A stretch of 64,000 bases of DNA from Candidatus Kaiserbacteria bacterium (GCA_963699165.1 OY969413.1:340562-404561); one strand, 5' to 3'; positions 27,066 to 37,022 are shown, counted from the stretch's first letter. The notes: generated from the letters alone by a model not told the origin. Made by a program: numbers and translations.

Positions 27066-27738
27066 ATGACGCTACGATACCATATACCCAACCGTTGATT
27101 TTTCGATTCAGAATCGTGCTTGAATTCACTTTAATCCTTATGAGACCGTGATACAAGTCGGCTATATTTTTTCGATTCGTTTTTGGATTTCCCTTTTTGA
27201 AGTAGACTCTCTCGAGTTTGCCGTTGGGTATCGCTAACTCACGAGTCCACCAGCGCACAAAGGCAGGAGCATCGGTCTTCCTCGTCTCATGTACATATAA
27301 CTCCAAATAGATTTCAGATTGCGGAACCTTCATTTGCTCGAGCCATCGTAAAAACACCCGAATCATGCGCACGTCAGAATTGGCAAACATGATGCCCGTG
27401 CTTGGGGAATGCTCATATTGTTTCGAACCCTCTGCCCAATACAGCGCAATTCCGATTAACCAAAGTTCACGCTCTGAAAGATTGCCAATATCAACGACAC
27501 CGACTTGCTCAAACGAATGCGTTTCCAAAACTCGTGCGTCGTGCCGCGATTGCGCGCCTCGTAATCGCGCCGCAATACGCTTCTGCGTTATGCGTTGCTT
27601 TTGCGGCTTTGCGAGATGTACAGACTTTAACCATTCCGAGAGCGTCGACTTTGCAACGGGAATTTCTGACAAAATTTCAGAATACGTCCGTCCTAATTTT
27701 CGCAAAGCAATTGCTTTTTCTTTTTGTTTACTTTTCAC
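27001..27738 (-). CDS. HTH + LAGLIDADG-like domain protein
   Basis: N-terminal HTH (LRKLGRTYSEI..VAKSTLSEWL); LAGLIDADG-like helix IGIALYWAEGSK then FANSD..MIRVFLRWL; stop lies inside tRNA-Gln. Confidence 0.75.
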   Translation of the reverse strand: MKSKQKEKAIALRKLGRTYSEILSEIPVAKSTLSEWLKSVHLAKPQKQRITQKRIAARLRGAQSRHDARVLETHSFEQVGVVDIGNLSERELWLIGIALYWAEGSKQYEHSPSTGIMFANSDVRMIRVFLRWLEQMKVPQSEIYLELYVHETRKTDAPAFVRWWTRELAIPNGKLERVYFKKGNPKTNRKNIADLYHGLIRIKVNSSTILNRKINGWVYGIVASLGSGVTGNTPAFGAGDSRIVP

Positions 27739-27793
27739 ACAGGTAGTATACCAGTACCAGTGCCGCTATTGATATTACTGATTGTGGAAAATC

Positions 27794-28597
27794 CTATCCC
27801 CCGCACACGGCTTTGAGTGCCGCGAGGTCGTCGGCGGTTGGCACGAGATTTCCGCTTTCGTTTTGCGCGTACATTATTGATTTCGGATTGGTGTTATGGC
27901 CAAGGCCGATGGCATGGCCGAATTCGTGCGCGAGAACGCGCTCAAGCTGGGTATTGCCGACAAATTCAAAGACGCTGATTCGCTTTCCGGAATCATCCTG
28001 CACGTACTCGCCTTCTTCAAACGTGTGGCCCGCCGTCTGGTCATACTGTTCTACTTCAGCGTTCAGCGATGCAATGCTCGCATTGTATCGTTCGACTTCT
28101 GCATTGATAGAATCCGCCGTTTGTTTGAGTGCATCGCGTTCAAGGTTTAATGCGGCCGCTTCGCTCGGTGTGGCGCCGCCATGCGCGTTTACCTCGCTCA
28201 CTTTTTGATTATACGACTGCTGGTCGGCGATAAATTGCGCCTGCGCTACATCGAGCGCTGTGCGGGCTGTGTCGGCATTTGCTTGGGCGCTTGCAATCGC
28301 GGTGCCGATTTTCGCATTCGCCTGCCGCTCGTCGTAAATCAAGCTGATTTTAAGCGCGGCGGTCGGGTCGTATTTGAGAATCGTCTTTCCTTCCGCCTGG
28401 TTCCAAATATCCGCAGCGGCTTCCGCTTCATTCAAAACCGCCGTGCTTGAAATTCCAAAACGCGGGTCAACGGCGCCGACGGAATACGGAATCGGCTCGG
28501 CGCACGGCCGCGTCTGTTGGTAATCGGCATACATGCCAGCTCCCGCAATCGCGACGACAAAACACAACACCCACCATCGAATTGCATCTCCGCTCAT
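27794..28597 (-). CDS. Matrixin (M10) family zinc metalloprotease
   Basis: HEFGHAIGLGH plus Met-turn SIMY; N-terminal TM and a coiled coil. Confidence 0.88.
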   Translation of the reverse strand: MSGDAIRWWVLCFVVAIAGAGMYADYQQTRPCAEPIPYSVGAVDPRFGISSTAVLNEAEAAADIWNQAEGKTILKYDPTAALKISLIYDERQANAKIGTAIASAQANADTARTALDVAQAQFIADQQSYNQKVSEVNAHGGATPSEAAALNLERDALKQTADSINAEVERYNASIASLNAEVEQYDQTAGHTFEEGEYVQDDSGKRISVFEFVGNTQLERVLAHEFGHAIGLGHNTNPKSIMYAQNESGNLVPTADDLAALKAVCGG

Positions 28598-29649
28598 TCG
28601 GGAAAGAGTTCCAAAACGGCAAGCTCAAGCGGAAGCGACTTAATGGGCGCGTAGCGTATGCGGTCTGCCGCAGTGAGAAATGCGAGTATCGTTGTATGCG
28701 TAATGCCTTCTTTGGGCGACCCGGCTTTGCCGGGTTTAGCCTCGGCCGCGAATTTTTCAAGAGCGGAGAATTCGTCCGCGCCGAGCTCGTCAGCGAGCGA
28801 GGCGCGGAGTTCTGGGGCATAGCGCAGCAAAAGCGTCGAGCGCAGCGTTTCGAGCACAAGCTGCAGAAATATTTTCATATCGGCGTCCGACTTCACCGCC
28901 TGCTCGATTGCAGTGAGCGCGCCTGCGCGCTCGCCTTTGGCGAGCGCGCGTACGAGCGCATGCACCTGTTCCCTCTTCGGCGCGCCCGTTGCCGCTTCAA
29001 CCGACTCGCGCGAAAGCGTTTTCCCTTCCGTCGCCGCCAAAACTTTTTGAAGCACCGAAAGCGCATCGCGATACGAACCTTCCGCAAGCATCGCGATGAG
29101 TTCGCCCGCGTCCGGCGCAAGCGAGTACCCTTCTTTCTTTGCTACCGCCGCAGTCATTTTCGCTAAAATCGCACGCGTCGGTTTTTTAAATTCAAACACC
29201 TGGCAGCGCGACTGCACGGTTTCCGGCACTTTCTCCAATTCCGTCGTCGCCAAAATAAAAACCGCATGCGCGGGCGGCTCTTCAAGCGTCTTCAAAAAAG
29301 CGTTCCACGCGCTTTTTGAAAGCATGTGGACTTCGTCCAATATATACACTTTGTACGGCGACTGAAACGGCAGCGTGTACACGCCTTCGGTCAGAGCCCG
29401 GATGTCTTCGACGGTGTTGTTGCTCGCGGCATCTATTTCATATAAATCGTTTTCCGTGCAACCGATTGCGTTTGCAAAAATGCGCGCAACCGACGTTTTC
29501 CCGAGGCCTCGCGAACCTGAAAAAAGATATGCATGTCCGATTTTCTTCGACTTCACTTCTTCCTCGAGCGGCTTGGTAACCTGCTCTTGTCCGACCACGT
29601 CGGCAAATGTCGCGGGACGATACGTGCGGTAAAGTGACTGATGCGCCAT
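28594..29649 (-). CDS. dnaX: DNA polymerase III subunit gamma/tau
   Basis: LYRTYRP, GSRGLGKTS, EIDAAS, ILDEVHMLS, LKTLEEPP, SRC. Confidence 0.95.
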   Translation of the reverse strand: MAHQSLYRTYRPATFADVVGQEQVTKPLEEEVKSKKIGHAYLFSGSRGLGKTSVARIFANAIGCTENDLYEIDAASNNTVEDIRALTEGVYTLPFQSPYKVYILDEVHMLSKSAWNAFLKTLEEPPAHAVFILATTELEKVPETVQSRCQVFEFKKPTRAILAKMTAAVAKKEGYSLAPDAGELIAMLAEGSYRDALSVLQKVLAATEGKTLSRESVEAATGAPKREQVHALVRALAKGERAGALTAIEQAVKSDADMKIFLQLVLETLRSTLLLRYAPELRASLADELGADEFSALEKFAAEAKPGKAGSPKEGITHTTILAFLTAADRIRYAPIKSLPLELAVLELFPE

Positions 29650-29720
29650 ACGGGCAGTATAACCCAAAAACGAAAGCGGTCTCAAAAGAGAGACCGCTTC
29701 CCGAACGCAGCATCCGAGCT

Positions 29721-30197
29721 TCACTCGTAATGCCAGTCGACGGGCATCCGTACTACACCCTCCCCCTTGGCAACGATTCGATTGTCAGCCAAGTCGATAA
29801 CGTCGACCGAAACCCGTGCGAGCCTCGCGTTTCCTTTGCCGCTAATCACGATGTTGATGCGGGGTACTGAGCCAACGTGCAAATCGCCCCTGAAGCTGAT
29901 TTGCATGGCGGAGAACACTACGCACGATATTTTGGCGGAAACCATTGCAGCCGCCCACGTGATGAGAGCCGTACCGGGCAGAATCATTCCGGATGCAAAG
30001 TTCTGGCGTGCTGCCTCCAGATCATCGCGATGCAGAGGATTGACGTCCTTGCTGTCTCCATCGATGCCATCTGCCATGCCGATGATTTTCTCGATGGTGA
30101 GGGGCGCGAATATCTTGCTGATTTCGACTTGCCAGAGAGCTCGGTTTGCAGTTCCAACTGCGTGAGCTCCAAGTGCTGACTTAGACATTCCAGACAC
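29721..30197 (-). CDS. MaoC-like hot-dog fold dehydratase
   Basis: DVNPLHRD..AA..F...ILPG motif; AAGGAG SD before GTG. Confidence 0.65.
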   Translation of the reverse strand: MSGMSKSALGAHAVGTANRALWQVEISKIFAPLTIEKIIGMADGIDGDSKDVNPLHRDDLEAARQNFASGMILPGTALITWAAAMVSAKISCVVFSAMQISFRGDLHVGSVPRINIVISGKGNARLARVSVDVIDLADNRIVAKGEGVVRMPVDWHYE

Positions 30198-30268
30198 GGG
30201 TCACTCCTTCATTGGCGAGTTGCTTCTAACCTCTAGAATGCCCTATTTCGCGAAAAAATCAAGCAGCC

Positions 30269-31198
30269 CGTAATGGTTCAATAGCTTGGACGCGATATCA
30301 TCGCGTCATGGCATACACACAAAACCCGCACATGCCCAAGGTCAGAAGGGATGCTGCAGACATGGTGAGGAGAGGATATACGCCCACCGAGGTTGGCCGT
30401 CGGTTCGGCGTCGGGTCGAGTACGGTATGCAAATGGGTGAAGAAGGCGAAGATATACGGGTATCATCCGATTCCGACGCTCTCATCAAAACCGAGGAATC
30501 ATCCAAACGAGCTGCCGTCGAAGATTGTGAACAAGATTGTCGAGAAGCGTCTCGTACTCAAACGCTCGGCCGAGGTCGTACACCGGGCGCTCGAAGACGA
30601 GGGTGTCTCGGTGTCGCTCTCGTCGGTGAAGCGGACGCTCGGTCGTTTCGGCCTCATCAAAAAGCGGAGCCCGTGGAAACGGTACCACCCGCACTCGGAA
30701 CGTCCGGAAGCCGCATATCCGGGCGCTCTTGTGGAGGTGGACACCATCCATCTGGCACTCCACGGCAAAACGGTTCTGTACGTGTATACACTAATCGATG
30801 TATACAGCCGTTGGGCGTACGCCTGGGCGACCCCGCGCATCAACTGCCGCGTCTCTCTCCTCTTCGTGAAGCGGGCACAGGTTGCGGCACCATTCCTGTT
30901 CGAGTGCGTGCAGACCGACAATGGCCCCGAGTTCTCCATGCACTTCACCGAACGCCTCTCGATACGCCATCGACACACGAGAGTCAGGCAGAGCAACGAC
31001 AATGCGCACGTCGAGCGATTCAATCGCACACTGCGTGAAGAGTGTCTTGATGCTCTTTCGATTGAGATACGGGCAATCAATGCGATTCTGCCGACCTATC
31101 TGAGCGGGTACAACACCACCCGCCACCACTTCGGGCTCGACCTCAAAACGCCGCTCGCCATATTAACAGAATGCGTCCAAGCTATTGATTAGAAAACG
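30269..31198 (+). mobile_element. IS481-family element (930 bp)
   Basis: IRs CGTAATGGTTCAATAGCTTGGACGC / CGTTTTCTAATCAATAGCTTGGACGC and 6-bp target duplication GCAGCC (30263-30268, 31199-31204). Confidence 0.9.
30308..31192 (+). CDS. IS481-family transposase
   Basis: HTH, VEVDTIH, LIDVYSR, QTDNGPEF, NAHVERFNRTL, YNTTRHH. Confidence 0.9.
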   Translation: MAYTQNPHMPKVRRDAADMVRRGYTPTEVGRRFGVGSSTVCKWVKKAKIYGYHPIPTLSSKPRNHPNELPSKIVNKIVEKRLVLKRSAEVVHRALEDEGVSVSLSSVKRTLGRFGLIKKRSPWKRYHPHSERPEAAYPGALVEVDTIHLALHGKTVLYVYTLIDVYSRWAYAWATPRINCRVSLLFVKRAQVAAPFLFECVQTDNGPEFSMHFTERLSIRHRHTRVRQSNDNAHVERFNRTLREECLDALSIEIRAINAILPTYLSGYNTTRHHFGLDLKTPLAILTECVQAID

Positions 31199-31231
31199 GC
31201 AGCCGGTCGGATAAACCGCCGGCTGTTGGAT

Positions 31232-31663
31232 TTAGGTTGCGACCCGTTTCGTTTTGAAGTCAATTTCATCCGGGAGCGGCAAGAAATCCTCGCCACACGG
31301 TTCGAAAGTCGGCAAAATGCTTTCGGTCCCGGAAATTTCCTCCGGAGGCGTCACCGCAATGAAATGATTGCCTGCCGTGAACATCCGCATATGAGAAAGG
31401 CAGCCCGTCGTATCTTTCCACCACCCATCTCCTTTATCGGGTACTCTTGAAACTCTAAAGTGCTCGTTTTCTGCTCCGTTCCTATCTTGTGCCTCACAAG
31501 AACGAAACAAGAATGTTCCATTTGTCTCCCGGTGAAAGTACAAGATGAATCGAGGAAGATTGGATTGTTGAGTGGAAAACTCCACCAAAGTCAATCTTTC
31601 GCCCGGCCTCATCACCCTGTCGCCAATCAGCCGAGCAAACAATTTCCGTGATTGTGTTGTCAT
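31232..31663 (-). CDS. Hypothetical protein (143 aa)
   Basis: Co-directional pair with 31670-32134, followed by hairpin 31200-31226. Confidence 0.55.
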   Translation of the reverse strand: MTTQSRKLFARLIGDRVMRPGERLTLVEFSTQQSNLPRFILYFHRETNGTFLFRSCEAQDRNGAENEHFRVSRVPDKGDGWWKDTTGCLSHMRMFTAGNHFIAVTPPEEISGTESILPTFEPCGEDFLPLPDEIDFKTKRVAT

Positions 31664-31669
31664 TTCAAC

Positions 31670-32134
31670 TCACCCTTTCGTCAATGCGAGGTCGCCCGCC
31701 GTCGTTGTTTCTTCCGTCGAATCAAGCATGAAGGGCGGCGGGTTAACTTTCTTCCATGCACCCACCTCCCAATCAGCCGTGTCGTTTTCGGCGTCCGATG
31801 CGCTAACGAGCCAACGGACGTCGTCACTCCAGCGACCGTTGTACTCATCCAGCGGTTGTTTATCCGCCAAATGAGTACATATCGTTACAAACCTCTCGTG
31901 AGCGTCTTGCTCCGTTTCCGATTCCGAATTCAACCGTAAAACGCGTTTTGCCAGAAGACGATTGGAACTTCCGCGCTTCAGACCGCACGGTACCGTCTTG
32001 ACGTAGTACACGATGAACTCCTCCGCCGGAGGCATACTGCGATCGCCGCACCCATACTTGCATGCGAACAGAATAAGAGAGACGCTCCCCAATCTGTACT
32101 CTGCAATCTTTTGTACAGCAGAGCTTTTGACCAT
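31670..32134 (-). CDS. Hypothetical protein (154 aa)
   Basis: AGGAG SD before the ATG; no recognisable motif. Confidence 0.55.
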   Translation of the reverse strand: MVKSSAVQKIAEYRLGSVSLILFACKYGCGDRSMPPAEEFIVYYVKTVPCGLKRGSSNRLLAKRVLRLNSESETEQDAHERFVTICTHLADKQPLDEYNGRWSDDVRWLVSASDAENDTADWEVGAWKKVNPPPFMLDSTEETTTAGDLALTKG

Positions 32135-32185
32135 GAAAGAACTCCTGTCTCCCTTTCTCGGGCGACGATAGCAACTTTTTTGAGT

Positions 32186-33223
32186 TTACGCGCTTCGCAC
32201 GTATTTATCAATAACTCGCGCGAGGTCGGCGGCGGATTCCGTCTGCATCAGCCGCAAGCGAAGCTCGGCCGCGCCGTCAAAGCCGGTGACAAATGCCTTG
32301 ATGTGTTTTTTGAGAACCGCGAAATTCTTTGGCGGCGTGATTTTTTCGAAATTTTCGGCAAGCGAGGAGAGCGCCGCGAGCTTCTCGGCGAGCGGCGTGT
32401 CTTCTGTTTTTCGTCCGGCGAAGACCCACGGATTGCCGAACATCGCGCGGCCGAGCATTGCGCCGTCGCACCCCGCTTCCGCGACTTTTGCTTTTCCATC
32501 CTCAAGATTTTGGACATCGCCGTTGCCGATGAGGAGCACCTTCGGATTGATGCGATTGCGAATCTCGACCGCTTTTTTCATAAGTTCCCAATCTGCGGGA
32601 ACAAGCGACATTTCTTTCCGCGTGCGCAGGTGAAGCGTGATGGCGGCCGGCTCGGCTTCGAGAAGCGCCGTGAGCCACTCGTCGAGCGACTCTTTGTTGT
32701 AGCCGATTCTTGTTTTCACCGATACCGGCAAATCGCTCGCCTCCTTTGCTGCGCGAATAAGCTCGACCGCAAGTTTAGGGTTTTTTACGAGCGCAGCTCC
32801 CGCTCCCTGCTTTTCGATTGCGCGGTCCGGACAGCCCATGTTTAGGTCGACGCCATCGAAGCCGAGTTCGGCCACAAGTTTCGCCGCATACGATATCATG
32901 TCCGGCTTCGATGAAAAAATTTGCGCGACTATCGGACGCTCGTGTTCTGTGAATGCCAAGTCGCGCAGAAGCGGATTTTCTTCGTCGCTCATTTTTTTTA
33001 TTTCTCTTGTCACGTTAGAGACGCCCGGCGAAGCCGAGCCAGGTTCCTGTGGAACCTTGTCTCTAACGTGACGCGTATGGTACAAGCCGTCCGCCGAGAC
33101 GAATTCCGTCCAGAAGACATCCGGCGCTCCGCTGTTGGCGACCAACGCGCGGAACGCAACATCGGTCACATCCGCCATCGGCGCCATAACGAAAAACGGT
33201 TTATGCAGTTTTTCCCAAAACAT
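32186..33223 (-). CDS. dus: tRNA-dihydrouridine synthase
   Basis: MAPMADVTD, TEFVS, DLNMGCP, SVKTRIG, IGNGDV, MLGRA; carries a 22-aa palindrome-derived insert. Confidence 0.93.
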   Translation of the reverse strand: MFWEKLHKPFFVMAPMADVTDVAFRALVANSGAPDVFWTEFVSADGLYHTRHVRDKVPQEPGSASPGVSNVTREIKKMSDEENPLLRDLAFTEHERPIVAQIFSSKPDMISYAAKLVAELGFDGVDLNMGCPDRAIEKQGAGAALVKNPKLAVELIRAAKEASDLPVSVKTRIGYNKESLDEWLTALLEAEPAAITLHLRTRKEMSLVPADWELMKKAVEIRNRINPKVLLIGNGDVQNLEDGKAKVAEAGCDGAMLGRAMFGNPWVFAGRKTEDTPLAEKLAALSSLAENFEKITPPKNFAVLKKHIKAFVTGFDGAAELRLRLMQTESAADLARVIDKYVRSA

Positions 33224-33238
33224 ATCCGCACACTAGCA

Positions 33239-34090
33239 CTATTTCTTTTTCAGATACACCTTGCCGTCAAAGCGCAAATCCACGTATTCAATCGAGCCGT
33301 CGGCCAGATTGAGATTGCCGGACGCGGATGTGAGCGCCGTAAACGCGTTCTGCTCGTTACCGAGAACATAGGTAATGCGAGTCCCGCTTTTTAAGTAATC
33401 ATCAATTTCGTCCGCGCGGAAAACGATAGTCATGACGGGCGAACCGAACGTGCCAAGCTGCCGCGCAAAATCGAACGCCGCCGGAAGTTTCCCGACGTTC
33501 GGCAGAGTAACGCCGAGCGGCGAACTTGATGCAGTGCGTCCCGACAGCGGTTCATATACCGAAAAAGCATTTATCGGTTGAATCGCATCGCTTGCCGTTG
33601 CATACACGAAGCCGCTTGCATCAAACAGGTAGCAGGCGGGTGTCGGCGGCTCCGCGGGAGTAGTGCTTGCGTTTTCTGCCGCGGCGGGCGCAAAACCGCA
33701 CCAGCGCGCAATCGGCACCCGAGTGTCCACTTTAATCGAGACGCTCGAGAGTCCGGTTCGAAAAATAGAAACTGCGGCAATGTCCGAGTCGGCCGCAAAG
33801 AGTGCCGCGCGAATGTCGGATTCCGGTAAGAAGAAAGTCGAATTGCGCGGAACCACACCGAAATAACTTCCGCGCATTTGCGATATGGCAACGTCCGCAA
33901 GGGATTGGTCGGCTCCGAAAATCTGCACGCGCGATATGCGTACGGCGTTCTGGTTGAGTTCGTAAACGATTCCGACGCACGCAAACAGAAGGATAATTAA
34001 AAAAACGATGAAGGCGCGGCGGCGGCGCAGCCGCCGCCGCGCCGCAAGTCCTTTGCTATCCCGCTTTGCCGATGATTGTCTTTCCGACAT
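33239..34090 (-). CDS. FtsQ/DivIB-like cell division protein
   Basis: Basic N-tail, single TM, POTRA-like region, C-terminal IEYVDLRFDGKVYLK. Confidence 0.7.
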   Translation of the reverse strand: MSERQSSAKRDSKGLAARRRLRRRRAFIVFLIILLFACVGIVYELNQNAVRISRVQIFGADQSLADVAISQMRGSYFGVVPRNSTFFLPESDIRAALFAADSDIAAVSIFRTGLSSVSIKVDTRVPIARWCGFAPAAAENASTTPAEPPTPACYLFDASGFVYATASDAIQPINAFSVYEPLSGRTASSSPLGVTLPNVGKLPAAFDFARQLGTFGSPVMTIVFRADEIDDYLKSGTRITYVLGNEQNAFTALTSASGNLNLADGSIEYVDLRFDGKVYLKKK

Positions 34091-35324
34091 ACGGCACAAG
34101 AGCATCAGGCACCTTAATCGTTCCATCGGCCTGCTGATAATTTTCTACGATGGAAACAAGAATGCGCGGCGTCGGAATGGCGGTCGAATTAAGCGAATGA
34201 GGAAAGCGCATATTCCCGTCCGCATCGCGGTAACGGATATTCAAACGGCGTGTCTGGAAATCATGGAAGTACGAAGCCGAGCTGATTTCCCGATACGTCT
34301 TTTCTCCCGGCACCCACAATTCGATATCGTATTTTTTTACCTGTCCGAGACCCAAATCCCCGCCGCAGTTTACAACGGTGTGATACGGGATGTTCAACAG
34401 CTCGATAAATTCTTCGGTATTGTGATTCAGCCATTCGTGCAAACGAACAGATTCGTCGTGTTCGGCCTTGCACAAAACAACCTGTTCCCATTTGAAAAAC
34501 TCATGCACACGGATGAGCCCGCGTACATCCTTGCCGTGCGCACCCGCTTCACGGCGAAAGCACGGTGAGAACGCGAGAAATTGCACTGGGAAATCATCAC
34601 TGCTAAGCGTCTCGTTCATGTAATAGCTCATCGTCGCAACCTCAGCGGTTCCCGCGAGATAGTCGCCATCTTGCGTTTTATACAAATCTTCCTCGCCTTG
34701 CGGCAAATAACCGGTGCCGAGGAATGCTTCGCGCCGCACCAAGCTCGGCGCGCTAAGCGGCACCAATCCTTTTGCAGCGAAATGTTTCAGCGCTAATTGC
34801 CAAACGGCATTAGCAAGCAAAACGCCGTCTCCTTTTAAGAAGTAGCCGCGGAAACCCGCCACTTTGCTTCCCCGCTCAAAATCCGCGATGTCGAGCGCCG
34901 TCATGAGCTCGACATGGTCTTTCGGCGTGAACGCAAACTCGGTCGGCGTTCCCCATTTTTTCACCTCGAGATTATCGGCATCGCTTTCGCCGTCCGGCAC
35001 CGACATATCCGGAATGTTCGGGACGGTCAGCATCAACTTCTGCCACTCGACCATTACTTCTTTCAATTTCTCTTCGCTTTCGACCATGCCGTTTTTGAGC
35101 TGGCGCATCGCCTCAAGCAGTTTTTCTTTTTCGAATCCTTCGGCGCGCTGAATTTCATTGCTTCGGCGATTCTGCTCAGCGCGCTTCGTATCGAGCTCCA
35201 GGCGAAGTTTTTTCCGCTCATCGTCAACGGCAATCAGTCGGTCGATATCAACTTCCATGCGTTTTTTCGCCGCGCCCGCTTTGATAATATCCGCGTTTTC
35301 CCGAATGAAATGTATATCCAACAT
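34056..35324 (-). CDS. serS: Serine--tRNA ligase
   Basis: MLDIHFIREN, GTAEV, CFRREAG, GLIRVHEF, YREISSAS, HSLNST. Confidence 0.97.
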   Translation of the reverse strand: MLDIHFIRENADIIKAGAAKKRMEVDIDRLIAVDDERKKLRLELDTKRAEQNRRSNEIQRAEGFEKEKLLEAMRQLKNGMVESEEKLKEVMVEWQKLMLTVPNIPDMSVPDGESDADNLEVKKWGTPTEFAFTPKDHVELMTALDIADFERGSKVAGFRGYFLKGDGVLLANAVWQLALKHFAAKGLVPLSAPSLVRREAFLGTGYLPQGEEDLYKTQDGDYLAGTAEVATMSYYMNETLSSDDFPVQFLAFSPCFRREAGAHGKDVRGLIRVHEFFKWEQVVLCKAEHDESVRLHEWLNHNTEEFIELLNIPYHTVVNCGGDLGLGQVKKYDIELWVPGEKTYREISSASYFHDFQTRRLNIRYRDADGNMRFPHSLNSTAIPTPRILVSIVENYQQADGTIKVPDALVPYVGKTIIGKAG

Positions 35325-35348
35325 GGTGTCTCCTAGTATACTGCACCT

Positions 35349-36203
35349 ATGGACATTCGCGAAATGAAAGACACGGAGCGGCCTGCAAAACTTTCAGAGA
35401 TTCCGCAGCCGCCGGAACGGTTGTGGATTTCCGGGTCGATGCCGCCCGCCGGAACAAAACTGCTTGCCGTTGTCGGCTCGCGCGCCTTAACGCGCTATGG
35501 GCAGGAAGCGTGCGAAAAATTGATTTCGGGACTTGCAGGATATCCGATTTCAATCGTAAGCGGACTCGCGCTCGGCGGCGACACATGCGCCCACCGCGCC
35601 GCGCTTCGCGCCGGACTGCACACCGTCGCCATTCCGGGTTCCGGTCTTGATGAGGAATTTTTATATCCGCGCGCGAACCTCGGACTTGCTAAAGAAATTC
35701 TGGCTGCGGGCGGTGCGCTTGTGAGCGAGCATGAGCCGCAGTACACGGCGCGCGCGTATGACTTTCCCTCGAGAAATCGGATCGTTGTCGGCATGAGCGA
35801 TGCGGTGCTTATTATCGAGGCAGGTGAAAATTCCGGCACACTTATTACCGCGCGGCTTGCGAGCGAATACAATCGCGAACTGCTCTGTATTCCCCACCGC
35901 ATCGGCGACCCGCACTCATTCGGCTCGCATCTGTTCATCCGACTTGGAGCGGCGCTCACGAGCGACCCCCTGCACATTCTCGAAGCACTCGGCATCGCCC
36001 CGCGCATGGAGAGCGCTGATTCCGCTCCAGTTGAACTTGATGGCGCGGAACTTGAAATCTGGGGTATGCTGGACGAGCCGAAGACGCGGGATGAAATTTT
36101 GCGAAGCACTGAAAGCGCAACGGGCGAAGTGCTCACGGCACTCGTCGCGCTTGAACTGCGCGGTCTCGCAAAAGAAGAATTCGGCCAATGGCACCGAGTA
36201 TGA
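35349..36203 (+). CDS. dprA: DNA-processing protein DprA
   Basis: AVVGSR..T.YG, IVSGLALG.D..AH, FPSRNRIV, SGTLITA. Confidence 0.95.
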   Translation: MDIREMKDTERPAKLSEIPQPPERLWISGSMPPAGTKLLAVVGSRALTRYGQEACEKLISGLAGYPISIVSGLALGGDTCAHRAALRAGLHTVAIPGSGLDEEFLYPRANLGLAKEILAAGGALVSEHEPQYTARAYDFPSRNRIVVGMSDAVLIIEAGENSGTLITARLASEYNRELLCIPHRIGDPHSFGSHLFIRLGAALTSDPLHILEALGIAPRMESADSAPVELDGAELEIWGMLDEPKTRDEILRSTESATGEVLTALVALELRGLAKEEFGQWHRV

Positions 36204-37000
36204 AAATCTATTCTTGGAACATGCTGTATCGGAACGCGGAACTCGACCGCGCTTTCGCGTTTATCCGGGAAAGCGATTTCGATATTTTTTGCCTTCAGGA
36301 AGTGCCGGAGAATTTTTTGGAGCGGCTGCAAACGCTGGATTGCAATATCGCCTACCGCACCGATGCGGAACGAGTATCAGCCGACGGGAGCGTGCGTATA
36401 TTCACCGTTATTCTGACGAAATATCCTATTGCCGGACAGGGTGAAATATCTTATGACGAGTATTGGCCGGATTACCCGCTACGCGCCCGCATTTTTACCC
36501 GGCTTATGAAGCCGTTTCATTTTGCGAAAATCGTGAACCGACACGCAGTGTTTGCCGATATCGTTCTTCCGAATATGCCGAGTCCGGTGCGCGTGTTCTG
36601 CATCCATCTTTCCTTAACGCACCCAGTACGGCGCCTTTCGGAATTCGAAGAGGTCATGACGTATTGCGACGATACCCGTCCAATGATTGTCTGCGGCGAT
36701 TTCAATATTCTTGAAGCGCCGCACATCACGATTTTGAATTGGATTTTCGGCGGCCGCCTGAGCGATTTCTTTCTCTACCGGCGAGAACGCGCGAACATCG
36801 AGCGCGTCTTTGCGAAATACAAATTGAAGAATGCGCTTCGCGGTAAAATCACGCATCCCCTCTCGCGCTCGCAGCTCGACCACATTCTTGTCTCGGATGC
36901 ATTTTCCGCGGCAAAAGCCGAGGTCATTCCCGACCGAATCGGCTCCGACCATCATCCGATTTTTGCCGAAATCGTCTTTCCACAACTTGACCATATATAG
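36200..37000 (+). CDS. Endonuclease/exonuclease/phosphatase family protein
   Basis: SWN, CLQEV, CGDFN, LDHIL, SDHHP. Confidence 0.9.
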   Translation: MKIYSWNMLYRNAELDRAFAFIRESDFDIFCLQEVPENFLERLQTLDCNIAYRTDAERVSADGSVRIFTVILTKYPIAGQGEISYDEYWPDYPLRARIFTRLMKPFHFAKIVNRHAVFADIVLPNMPSPVRVFCIHLSLTHPVRRLSEFEEVMTYCDDTRPMIVCGDFNILEAPHITILNWIFGGRLSDFFLYRRERANIERVFAKYKLKNALRGKITHPLSRSQLDHILVSDAFSAAKAEVIPDRIGSDHHPIFAEIVFPQLDHI

Positions 37001-37022
37001 GTGTCCGCGTTATGAGTGATGC

